Source: Centroscyllium fabricii (lineage: Eukaryota). Taken from it: a stretch of DNA of 64,000 nt. Below are positions 37,301-48,940 of the stretch, piece after piece; the first letter of the stretch is position 1, and every line of letters starts with the position of its first letter. The stretch lies in assembly GCA_051313645.2 (NCBI GenBank), contig JBNRSN020000002.1, positions 402,690,001 through 402,754,000 on the forward strand, read 5' to 3'. Below the pieces are notes generated by a model that made no database searches, had not been told where the DNA came from, and saw only the letters and a program-made list of their open reading frames with translations. Both the position numbers and the translations under genes were made by a program.

Positions 37301-38976
37301 ACAGGTAGTGTACTGGGGGTACCGCCTTGAGCCGCGGTTTCTGACCGTGAGTGAGGGAAGGGGTCCGCCGAATGCCATGGTAACGCTCTGGAGGTGGCAC
37401 AGAAAATCCAGTCCCAGGAGTAGGGGGGCGCAGAGCTGCGGCAGCACGTAAAAACTAAAGTCGGTAAACATTGCGCCCTGTACATTAAGCGTTACAATAC
37501 AGCGCCCGGTGACGTCAGCAGATTCTGACTTGGACGCCATCGATATTCTCTGGCGCGCAGGGATTACTCTAAGGGAGAGGCGCTTTACAGTATTTTGGTG
37601 AATAAAACTTACTGTGTTCCCACTGTCGAACAGGCACACCACCTCTTCCCCGTTGACTTCCACCGGCATCATTGATTTCTCCAGTGGTTGAATCTTCCTC
37701 TGGTCTAGGCTCATGGATGCTAACACCGGGTCCTCCGAGTTGTCTTGATCCGGAGAGTAGTCCTCCAAGTCTGCTCCCCAAGATGGCTGCCGCCATGTGT
37801 TGTGCTGTGGAGGCTGAGTCCAAGATGGCCGCTGTTGCTGCTGCTGCCACGAGGGCTGCTGAGTGGGGGATGGGTGAGCCCAATATGGCTGCTCCCCTGT
37901 TCCACACGCGGCGCTGCCCAGTTTGGATTTTGCGCCAGTGTTTTTACAGACCTTCGCATAATGTCCCTTCTTGTCGCATTTTGAACAGGTCGCTTCTCTA
38001 GCAGGGCAGCTGCATCTTGAGTGCTGAGGTTGTCCACAAAAGTAGCATTTAGCTTTAGCGTGGGCAGCTGTGAGTAATTCTTCTGCCGGTCGTTGTGCCA
38101 GCGCTGTCCAAGATTGTGGGGCTGGGCCCGTATAGTTACTTGAATATTAGGATAGGTCCATTGATGTGCTATCCAGCGCGTGCCCCAAGTCTGTAGTCGC
38201 CTGTAAGTCCTGGCCGTTCTGCTCCAGCAGTCTCTGCCTGGCATAGTCCGATTTTAGGCCTGTTACATAGGCGTCTCGGATGAGGCTCTCTACATGGACT
38301 TGAGCCGTTTGCGCTCTGCAGTCACAGTCCCGTGCCAGAATTCTGAGGGCTCTTAGGAACTGCACACTTGACTCGTTATTTTGTTGCTTCCTGGTGGCGA
38401 GTATATGTCTCGCGTGGACTATGTTTGGTGCCCGATTATATTCCATCTCGAGGATCCTGATGGCCTCTTGGAACGATGGGGCGTCCACTATCATCGAGTA
38501 CACTTGAGGGCCCACCCGGGCGTGGAGGAGTCGTCGTTTTTGCTCCTCGGTCACCATGACCGCCGCGTTGGATCTGATGTACCCTTCGAGCACGTTTCAC
38601 CAATGTGAGAAGGCGTTCGATGCTCCTGAAGATCGGGGATCAACTTCGAACACTGCTGGTTTAAGCATCGTGGTATCCATTTTACAGTAGTGAATAAAAT
38701 TGTAACCTTCAATTACGTTCTCGGAGTCGAGTAGTAGATTAGAACAATCAGGCTTTTATTCACTACAGTTAGATTACACACCAGCAAGCTGACTGTCCCC
38801 TGGAATGGCATGGGGAATGGGGGCAGTCACTTATATACCTCCTCCAGCGGGGGAGGAGTCGTGGGCGGAGCCGGGTATGTTCCAGGTATCATCTCACAGT
38901 GGAATACAGTACAGGTATAGGTTACATGGTGATACATGGTGATTAGCTATATACAGTGATATACACGTTTATCACA
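34339..38976 (-). mobile_element. Gypsy family D, full length, nested in the B2 integrase
   Basis: 276-bp LTRs 34339-34614 and 38701-38976, 5-bp TSD GCCGG, PPT AAAGAAGGGGTGAA. Confidence 0.96.
34701..38680 (-). pseudogene. gag-pol of element D (single reading frame, disrupted)
   Basis: ATG at 38680; zinc knuckles CYFCGQPQH...C..C.KKGH; PR DSG; RT YLDN; RNase H SDAS; integrase DFKGP...SDRG...VERE. Stops in gag and frameshifts near 36950-37055. Confidence 0.9.
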
Positions 38977-39816
38977 GCCGGAAAAAGTGGGGTTTGCACT
39001 CGGCGCAGACAGGGCACTCTCGGGTCATAGTCTTGATCTCCGTGATGGAGTAGGGGAGGCTACGGGACTTAATGAAGTGGGCGAGTCTGGTGACACCCGG
39101 GTGGCAAAGGCGGTCGTGGAGGTCCTTCAGCCGGTCGAGCTGGGCACTGGCGCACGTTCCCCTGGACAGTGCGTCCGGGGTTTCATTGAATTTACCTGGT
39201 CAGTAAAGAATGTCATACTCGTAAGTCGAGAGTTTGACCCGCCACCGCAGGATCTTATCATTCTTGATTTTACCCCGTTGTTTATTATTAAACATAAACG
39301 CCACCGACCGTTGGTCGGTGAGCAGGGTAAAACGCTTACCGGCCAGGTAATGACGCCAGTAGCGCACGGCCTCCACGATGGCCTGGGCCTCCTTTTCCAC
39401 TGCGGAGTGGCGAGTTTCGGGTCCCTGTAAGGTGCGGGAGAAGAACGCTATGGGCCTGCCTGCCTGATTCAGGGTGGCAGCAAGGGCGAAGTCCTAAGCG
39501 TCACACTCCACCTGGAAAGGGATGGATTCATCAACGGCGTGCATGGTCACCTTGATAATATCTTCCTTTATCCTTGCGAATGCCGTTTGGGCTTCTACAG
39601 AAAGGGGGAAGACGGCAGCCTTGAGGAGTGGTCTAGCCTTATCTGCGAACTGTGGGACCCATTGTGCATAATAGGAGAAAAATCCTAGGCATCTCCTCAA
39701 GGCTTTGGGGTTGTGAGGTAGGGGCAGTTCTTGCAGGGGTCGGATACGCTGTGGGTCGGGGCCGAGGACCCCGTTCTCCACCACGTATCCGAGGATGGCG
39801 AGCCGGTCTGTATTAA

Positions 39817-40180
39817 AGACCCGGGTTCAAATCCAGCCTCGGGTACTATCTGTGTGGAGTTTGCACATTCTCCCCGTGTCTGCGTGGGTTTCCTCCGGGT
39901 GCTCCGGTTTCCTCCCACAGTCCAAAGATGTGCGGGTTAGGTTGATTGGCCAGGATAAATTGACCCTTAGTGTTAGGGGGATTGAATATGTGGGGTTACG
40001 GGGATAGTGTGGGATATGTGTTGATGGAGGCTTGATAGGGATCGAGGGATATGGGGAGAGGGTAGGGGCGGAGTACTGGGTTTGGATGATCAGCCATGAT
40101 CTCATTGAATGGCGGAGCAGGCTCGAAGGGCCGAATGGCCTACTCCTGCTCCTAGTTTCTATGTTTCTATGTTTCTATGT
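39817..40180 (+). mobile_element. 5'-truncated HE1-like SINE inserted in the B2 RT
   Basis: V-domain and (TTTCTATG)n tail interrupt the RT between YNK and TDRLAILGY. Confidence 0.9.
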
Positions 40181-41283
40181 ATGCCCTTATTGTACGTAAG
40201 GTCCAGCTTGTCCGCCGTGGCGAGGAATTTGGCCAGATTGGCATTGTGGTCCTGCTGGTCGTGGCCGCAGATGGTCACGTTGTCCAGGTAAGGGAAAGTG
40301 GCCTGCAAGTCATTTTGGTCAACCATACGGTCCATCTCCCGGTGGAACACTGACACTCCGTTGGTCACGCCAATGGGGACCCAGAGGAAGTGGTAGAGCC
40401 GACCGTTCGCCTCGAAGGCGGTGTAGGGGCGGTCGGCTTCCCGGATCGGGAGCTGATGATATGCCGATTTAAGGTCGATCGTGGAGAACACCTTGTACTG
40501 GGCGATCTGATTGACCATTTCCGAGATGCGGGGAAGGGGGTAGGCGTCGAGCCCGGTGTAGCGGTTGATAGTCTGGCTGTAATCGATAACCAGCCGCTGT
40601 TTTTCGCCAGACTTCACCACTACAACTTGGGCGTGCCAGGGGCTGGTGCTGGCTTCAATTATCCCCTCCTTCAGCATCCGCCCGACCTCCGACCTGATAA
40701 ACGTGCGATCCCCCTCACTGTACCGCCGACTCTTAGTAGCAATGGGTTTGCACTTCGGATCGAGGTTGGCGAACAGCGAGGGGGGGTCGATTTTCAGGGT
40801 GGAGAGGCCGCAGGCCGGGCTCCGCTTTGGGAAGGGATTGTCCCGGCTACTGACGGTGAGGGGGGGCAAGGTCCCGCCGAACTCCATTGTCACGCTCTTG
40901 AGGTGGCACTGGAAATCCAAACCTAGTAAGGCTGGGGCACACAACTGCTGGAGGGTATACAATTTAATATTACGGTACACGCGCCCCTTGACGGTGAGCG
41001 TGACGGAGCAGTAGCCGGTGACGTCCGCGGTGTGGGACTGTGAAGCTAGGGAGACTTGGTAGTTAGTGGGCAGGACCTGCCGTCCGCAGCGCTGCACTGT
41101 ATCGGGGTGTACAAAACTCTCAGTGCTTCCTGTGTCAAAAAGGCAGTTAACAGTGTAGTCATTAATCAAAATTGGCATTATAGAGTTAGACAGGTATGTG
41201 GTCTGTCCTGGTTCACTCTGATTCTGGCTGCCGCAGCCGTGCGTTTCTGTGTGCATGGGGCCCCTGCTGGTCGTGGCTGTACA

Positions 41284-41600
41284 CAAGATGGCGGCGCCCC
41301 TGGCTCGCACATGGTGGGGCCCTGGATACAAGATGGCGGCGCCCCTGGCCCGCACATGGAGGGGCCCTGGATACAAGATGGCGGCGCCCCTGGCTCGCAC
41401 ATGGAGGGGCCCTGGATACAAAATGGCGTCGCCGGGGGGTCGCACATGGTGGTCCGCTGTGAGCGCGCTGGCGGCGCCCGTGATTCGCACACAGCGGACC
41501 GCGGTGATCGGGTTGGCGGTGCCCATGATTCGCACGCAGCGGGCCGCTGTGGTCGGGTTGGCGGTGCCCGTGATTCGCACGCAGCCGGCCGCGTTGGGGG
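41284..41600. repeat. 45-bp tandem repeat in the Gag-PR linker of B2
   Basis: About 4 well-conserved and 3 degenerate units; CAAGATGGCGGC at 41284, 41329 and 41374. Confidence 0.9.
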
Positions 41601-44189
41601 GTCGCGCTTGGCCGGCCTTTGCCGCATCGGGGTGGGAGATGGGGGCGCTTGTTGTCTACCCCCGGACCATCGCTGGATCGCGCTGCTGTTGCAGCTTACC
41701 TGGTGTCTGTCGGTGCTCTCACAGGCTGCACTGTTGTACCTTGGGTTAGGCGCTGCTGGAGCTGATCTGCAGGCTTTAGCGTAATGACCTTTCTTAGCGC
41801 ATCTCTCACAGGTCGCTGTCCTGGCTGGGCATTTCGCTCGTGGGTGCAGTCCCTGGCTGCAGAAGTAGCAGCGCTTATCTTTTGTGGCTGTCGCAGCCAT
41901 CGTGGGGGTCTCGGCCCGTTGTGGTGCTGCCTGGCCCTGTTGTGGCATGGCCCATATGTTGTAGGCTTGCGGGTTAGTGCCGCTGTATGCCTGTAACTTG
42001 CTTCGGGCCCCCTCTACTGATTTAGCTATCTTAGTCGCCTCCTCGAGGGATAGATTGTCTTTCTCAAGTAGCCGCTGGCGGGCTTCCACACACCTTAGTC
42101 CCGTAACGTAAGCGTCCCGAACGAGGAGTTCTGCCTCCTCTTCAGCTGTTATGGCTTTGCAGCCACAGACCCGTACCAGGGCCAGGAGCGCTTGCTCGAC
42201 TTGCTCATTCGACTCACCCGGTAGCTGAGATCTGGTCGCAAGCACATGTCGGGCGTAGACCGAATGGACCGGGCGCTCGTAGCATTTTCGTAGTTGTAGT
42301 ACGGCCGCTGCGTAGGTTGAGGCGTTCCTGATGAGGGAGAATACCCTGCTTGAGATCCTCGACCGGAGGACCTGCAATTTGTTCCTGTCCGATGTAGCCT
42401 TGGCGGCATCCATGTAGGCCTCCAGGAGGCCGAACCAGTGTTCGAACATGGTAGCAGCGGCAGGGTCCTGGGGACTGATGTCCAGCTTCTCAGGTTTAAC
42501 TGCGCTGCTTTCCATTAAAAAATATTTAGCGATTAAAATTGACGTATCGTCAATACCTCAGATTAAAAGAGTCGACGAGTAGTTACCGAAACTAAAGGCT
42601 TTTAATCGCTAAAGAACGGAGCTACCCTCCGGAACGAACTTCTGTACAGGAATGAGGAGCCTCGGTCAGTTTCCACCTATAAAGGGGCCTCACCTGGGGG
42701 AGGAGTTAGAGGTGTGGCTGACCTGGCTCCCAACAGTATTACACAGTATACAGGGCTGTGCCTTACATCCGCACAGCCCATTATTGGTACAATAATAACA
42801 GTGGTAAACAACTATACAAGGGTTACCACACAGCCCGCCCCCAATTTTTATGATTTTCGCAACAGACCCTCCTCCAAACCCACCCATTGAAGTCAATTAA
42901 ATTTGCAACCTCTGTGTTTATGGTCAGTTTAATGAGAAGATAGCTCAACAACCTAAATCATAAGGTTTCAAAGATTTGATGTGCAAAAGATTCCAACTAA
43001 CTTTCAGCTTCAATGTTCATTCATATAGCTCAGTCTAAAAACTACAAAAAAGATTTATGAAGAGATAAGGTTATACAGAAGAAAGTATGAATCAACAGAT
43101 TAAAAAACACTAACAATAGAGTTCTTGGGGGGAAAATTTGATTAGTTAGCGCCTCCCGTTAGCGTCTCCAGGAGGCGCTAACAGAGCGCTAACAACTTAC
43201 CACCCGAGCGTGGCTATTTTAGCACCGCCCGCGAAATTGACCTGACGGTTTGCGGTGGCATTAAACACTACCGCCACGATCTCCTGCGCCCAGAGATCAT
43301 GATGTCATCGAAGTGTGCATCGCCCCGGACTGGAAATTGATTCTTGCCCCCGCCTCAGCGCCTGCCACTAGGAACGTCAGGTAAAGGGGGATAGTTTGCA
43401 GTCAGCTGGGCGCTGGGGGAGCGCTATTTAAAGTCGTGCACTTCCTGCTTTTTCCTATTGGCAAAATATTCTGTATACGTAGGTTGAGAGAGGGAGAGAG
43501 GCGTCTGGAGACACTTAATGCTAGCCTACTTGAAGGAGTTTTGTTTGTCAGCAAGTCTTTTCAGGTTTCCATTTCTTTAAGCTTTATTACTAGCACATTT
43601 AGAAGTTTTAATGGGGGCTGTACTAGCATGGGGCCTCATCCTCCAGCTTCACTGTCGGAGGCAGCGGAGGCGGAGATAAGAGTGGAAAATATGAATAGAG
43701 GGAGTAGGGCCAACAGGGCTCTGCACAGGAGACCTTATCCTCCCAGGATATTACGGGAGCAATTCTCATATATCCATCTGTCTGAGGAGCAATGTTTTAG
43801 AAGGCTCCGCTTCAGCAAGGAGGTGGTCACAGAGCTTAATGTTGATTCTGCAAGGACCGTTCTTGAACACCTCATAAGACAGCGCTTTTGATCAATGGCT
43901 TTTGGGATCAGCAAGCACATCATTACAGCCATCCCGCAGCCCCTATTACCAGGCAAAGTTCCAATGAGTAACATGAGGAAATTTGTAATGTTTTAATAAT
44001 TTTTTAAATTTTTTCTGAACAACTGTGCAACCAATAACAAACAAACACAACAATTCATTAACAAACAAAATGGCTTCTTACCACATCGAAATAAGTCTTA
44101 ACAGAGTGAATAATATATTTACATACACATCCAACTTTGGTAAAACATTCCCCCCATTAGTTAGAAAAAAGTTGGTTATTCACCCTTCT

Positions 44190-46082
44190 TCAATGATCCC
44201 CATCCACTTCGCACTCCCCCCCGCTTCCAACCCTACTGCTCCTCCGGAATATGACCCCAGTGACTGCAGCAAGGCTGGTTAAAGGCTGCTGAATCTCAGA
44301 TCCAGAGACTGCCGATGGCCCTGAAAGATGCCATCGACCAGCTCTGGGCCTGGAGGGCTCGGCTGGAGACTGCACCAACTCTGCATGGGTGGCAGCAGTC
44401 TGGGCTGGCTGGGTTACAGGCTGTGACAAGTGCAGTGGCGGAGAGGCAGTGGTGGCAGCAGGAATACTGTCAACCTGAGAGAGGACAGCGCCTTCCTGCT
44501 CACCCGACACACTGCCACTCCCCCGGGGCAGAACCTCAGCATCCGGAGCAATCTGCTTGAGAGATTGCTGGCCTGCTGCGGCACCGTGAGATCCCCGATG
44601 GACAGTGGGTGACCCTGTGATGATGGCAGCAATCAGCGCTTGCGTGGCATCAATCAGAGACAGTGTGAGAGCATTCTGAGATTGGATGGCACCAACCAAT
44701 ACCGATTCCAGCACTAAGCTGTTGCGTTGCCTCAGCCTGTGCTGCAATAAATGCTGCCACCTCGCCAATGACACGTGGCAAGAGGTCTGGGTCCCCATGG
44801 TCTCTCCAAGTCAACCATCCCCTGCAACGAGGCAAGGATGGGTTTGAGAGTTTACGCACAGGTGACAGCTGTGCTGGCGGTGGACTCCTCCATGCTACTA
44901 GCCAGTGCATCCACGCTCTGAGACAGCGTTGGTATTGCACGTATGAGCTCAGTGCGCATGCTCATCGCTGGAGTATTCATCGCCGCGATATCGAGGTCCT
45001 CTGTGCAGCAGAACCCGTGCAGCAGAACTCGTGCACGTACTCACCCTCCGGGGAGATGGCCCCCGAGCTTCCCTTCCCCCGTGGCGTTGCTGCAGCTCGC
45101 TGGGTCCAGGAGCTTCACCCACATCAGATCCAAACCCCCTGTGCCCCTCCAGTGAACGCGTGGCCCCAGTATCGGATGTCTCACCCTCGGGAGACGCAGG
45201 CGGTGAGGCTCCGGGTTGGTGTTCCTCCTCCTCTCCTGTGGCATTGCCACTGGGAGGCTGAGGGACAGGCTGGTCAGATGGTGGCTCACTATTTAAAGCA
45301 GGAATGTACAAGAGTGGCTTTAATGTGAGGGCAGGGGGGCAGGAAGGGAGCCAGGAATGGAGACAGTATAGTCAGATGGAAAGTGGGAAAGGCTGGTGTT
45401 GTGAGGGGGAAGTGGTATGAGAGAGGAGAGAGAGATGATGAACATACCATTGCTGTCTCCAAGAGGGTCAACCTCTCCAACTGCCGCAGCGCCCATGACA
45501 TGACTCACGATTAGTCTGTGAACTCATTCCTCCAGCTGTGTGAGGGGGTGCAGCTCAGCCTGACCTCTTCCTGTGCATTGTTGCTCCTTCCTGTTATGAA
45601 AAAGCTTGGCCTGAAAGTAAAAGGACAGCGTGTACGTGAGTGTGCAACCATGTGTTTGGCAGATGTGCCTACCATAGTTGAATAGCTGTTAATGCCTGCA
45701 AAGTGTGAGATGTGGATGTGACTTTGAGTGGATGGGCACAATTGTTGGGTGAGTGTTGGGGATTTGGCACTTTATACTGCCTGTGCACAGAGGGAGGTTG
45801 AGATGGTTAGATGTAGAGGTATTTCAAGCATCCACTCACCTTGACCACACAAGTGAGGTCATTGAACATCTTGAGGCACTGTGTGAGAGTCCTTTGGACC
45901 AGCCTTCTGGGTGATACACAATGGGCAACCTCCCTCCACACCTTTGTGAACTCCCAGGGCAATTGCCCCCTGCCAGTGTCTGGAAACAGCACTGCCCATC
46001 GGCATTCCAGAGCCACAACCAGAGCCACCAATGCCTGGTTGCTAAACCGGCGAGCTCTCTCCCTGGGCCTCTGAGTAGCCAT
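44190..46082 (-). pseudogene. Harbinger Myb/SANT-like protein gene, three exons, decayed
   Basis: MATQRPRERARRFS..AL..LV...WREVA...RTLTQCLKMFNDL followed by a GTGAGT donor near 45840; further exons near 45449-45590 and 44190-45288. Confidence 0.72.
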
Positions 46083-48847
46083 GATAATCGTTGCAGGCCC
46101 AGATCAAATGCAGCAATGATCAGGGTGAGATGTGCAGCATGATGGACCCACCTGTTTAAGAACTGGAAGGCGCCAGTCTGTCTGAGTCCAAGGTAATTAA
46201 TATTGTGTGAGCTTGAGTAGTGCTCTGAGGTAGCGCCCCTGACGTATCGTCAATAAGACAAAGACGAGTAGTTACCTTAACTTTCGGCTTTTAATCACTT
46301 TAGAATGGAGCTAGCCTCCAGTTGAATATCGAGTACAGAATGAATGGGGGCAGGTCAGACCTCACCTATAAGGCTCTCACCTGAGGGGAGGAGTTAGAGG
46401 TGTGGCTGACCTGACCTCGCGACAGTGTCCTTATACAAAACTATATACAGTGCACCCAGCCACTATACATGCTGGTCTGTAGTGTAACTCAACTATATAC
46501 AATGGTAATCATGATTATCACATTCACCCCTTCTTTGAAAATTGAGTCTGGCGGAGTGAATGGACAGAACCGGTTAGTGCAAAAAAAAAATTTTGTATGA
46601 GTCCAGATCAACAGTTCTTGACGAGTCTCTCCGGCGGTTGTGACTGCCGTGAAGACCGCCGGGGTTCCGGTAGCGGCGCTGGTGCTGGTTGTGGCGGCGG
46701 GGCCGGGTCCTCCGGCAACTGTGCCTGCGGTGTGGCGTCTGGTTCTGGGTCCTCAGCTGGTAGTGTCGGGGGCCCCGGTGTGTGCGTGTGCATAGGCCAG
46801 TATCCGGTAGGTGGTGGTTGGTGTGTAGGCCAGTGGTCGGTAGGCGGTGGCTGGTCGGGCTGAGGCTCGACCAGGGGCTCTGTTGTAGTGCTCCCGGCGG
46901 GCGCTAGGTCCCTGATGGAAACTGTGTCCTCGCGCCCGTCCGGGAACTGCACGTAGGCGGACTGCGGGTTGGCGTGCAGCAGCTGCACCTTTTCCACCAG
47001 GGGGTCGGTCTTGTGGCCGCGGACATGTTTCCTAAGTAAGACCGGCCCCGGCATCATGAGCCACGGTGGGAGTGCCGTCCCCGAAGTCGACTTCCTGGGG
47101 AATGAAAATAATAAATCATGAGGTGTGGCGTTGGTAGCCGTACACAGCAGAGAGCGGATGGAGTGGAGCGCGTCTGGGAGGACTACCTGCCAACGGGACA
47201 CTGGAAGGCCTCTGGACTTCAGGGCCAGGCTGACCGCCTTCCAGATGATCCCGTTCTCCCTTTCTACCTGCCCGTTCCCCCGGGTGTTGTAACTGGTCGT
47301 TCTGCTTGAGGCAACCCCTTTCTGAAGCAGAAACTGACGCAGTTCGTCGCTCATGAACGACGACACCCGATCGCTATGGATGTAGCTGGGGAGACCGAAA
47401 ATGGCGAACAGCGTGGTGAAGTGTCTTATCACCGTTGCGCTCATCATATCTGGGCAGGGGAAGGCGAAGGGGAAGCGGGAGAACTCGTCCACGACCATGA
47501 GGAAGTACGAGTTGCGGTCGGTGGAGGGGAGGGGGCCTTTGAAGTCCACGCTTAGGCGTTCAAAGGGGCGGGTGGCCTTAATGAGGTGCGCCGTTTCTGG
47601 CCTGTAAAATTGGGGTTTGCACTCGGTGCAAACAGGGCACTCTCGGGTCATAGTCTTGATCTCCGTGATGGAGTAGGGGAGGCTACGGGATTTAACGAAA
47701 TGGGCAAGTCTGGTGATACCCGGGTGGCAGAGGCGATCGTGGAGTTCCTTCAGCCGGTCTAGCTGGGCACTGGCGCACGTTCACCTGGACAGTGCGTCCA
47801 GTGGTTCATTGAGCTTGCCTGGTCGGTAAAGAAATTCGTACTCGTAAGTCGAGAGCTCGATCCGCCACCGCAGGATCTTATCATTCTTGATTTTACCCTT
47901 TTGTTTATTGTTAAACATAAACGCGACCGACCGTTGGTCGGTGAGCAGGGTAAAACGCTTGCCTGCCAGGTAATGACGCCAGTAGCGCACGGCTTCACGA
48001 TGGCCTGGGCCTCCTTTTCCACTGCTGAGTGGCGAGTTTCAGGTCCCTGTAGGGTGCGGGAGAAAAATGCTATGGGCCTGCCTGCCTGATTCAGGGCGGC
48101 GGCAAGGGCAAAGTCCGAAGCGTCACTCTCCACCTGGAAAGGGATGGACTCATCAACGGCGTGCATGGTCGCCTTGATAATATCTTCCTTAATCACGGCG
48201 AACGCCTTTTGGGCTTCTACCGAGAGGGGGAAGACGTCAGCCTTGAGGAGCGGTCTGGCCTTATCCACGAACTGGGGAACCCATTGCGTGTAATAGGAGA
48301 AAAATCCCAGACATCTCCTCAGGGCTTTGGGGTTGTGAGGTAGGGGCAGTTCCTGTAAGGGACGCATACGCTGTGGGTCGGGGCCGAGGACCCCGTTTTC
48401 CACCACGTATCTGAGGATGGCGAGCCGATCTGTACAAAAGACGCACTTGTCTTTATTGTAAGTGAGGTCGAGCCGTTTCGCCGTGTGGAGGAATTTGGCC
48501 AGGTTGGCATCGTGGTCCTGCTGGTCATGGCCGCAGATGGTCACGTTGTCCAGGTAGGGGAAAGTGGCCTGCAACCCGTTCTGGTCAACCATGCGGTCCA
48601 TCTCCCTTTGGAATACCGACACTCCATTGGTCACGCCGAAGGGGACCTGGAGGAAGTGGTAGAGCCGACCGTTCGCCTCGAAGGCGGTGTACTGGCGGTC
48701 GGCTTTCAGGATCGGGAGTTGTTGATACGCCGACTTAAGGTCGATTGTTGAGAAAACCTTATACTGGGCGATCTGGTTAACCATGTCTGAGATGCGGGGA
48801 AGTGGGTAGGCGTCGAGCTCGGTGTAGCGGTTAATGGTCTGGCTGTA

Positions 48848-48940
48848 ATCATAGAATCATAGAATCATAGAAGATAGGAGCAGGAGTAGGCCATTCAGCC
48901 CTTCGAGCCTGCTCCGCCATTCAATGAGATCATGGCTGAT
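48848..48940 (-). mobile_element. Very short CR1/HE1 3'-tail insertion in the RT of C
   Basis: (CATAGAAT)n tail plus GGAGCAGGAGTAGGCCATTC, splitting the IDYSQ motif. Confidence 0.85.

Larger units (their letters stand above)
33007..42830 (-). mobile_element. Gypsy family B copy 2 (B2), full length, hosting element D and a SINE
   Basis: LTRs 33007-33295 and 42540-42830 (I see only a 2-bp indel between them), 5-bp TSD CAGCC, PPT. gag 41178-42515 with two zinc knuckles, PR DTGS, RT, RNase H, integrase 33297-34338. Confidence 0.96.
27870..42900. mobile_element. Decayed autonomous-type PIF/Harbinger transposon 1 (ends approximate), host of CR1, Gypsy B2 and D insertions
   Basis: Convergent Myb/SANT-like gene (+) and HARBI1-like transposase (-); the sequence resumes after B2 at 42831. 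Confidence 0.7.

Noticed and set aside
41178-41580. Programmed -1 frameshift between overlapping gag and pol ORFs in B2 and C
   Set aside because: The shifts occur at different places (a 1-nt loss at RPHT/LSN in B2; a 1-nt loss within one repeat unit near 49700 in C). There is no canonical slippery heptamer, and D runs in one frame from gag into PR. These are decay mutations in a single ORF.
41284-41600. 45-bp periodic arrays (also 49638-49985) as CRISPR-like arrays
   Set aside because: Whole units repeat with no unique spacers, they are in-frame coding sequence of a eukaryotic retrotransposon, and there are no cas genes.
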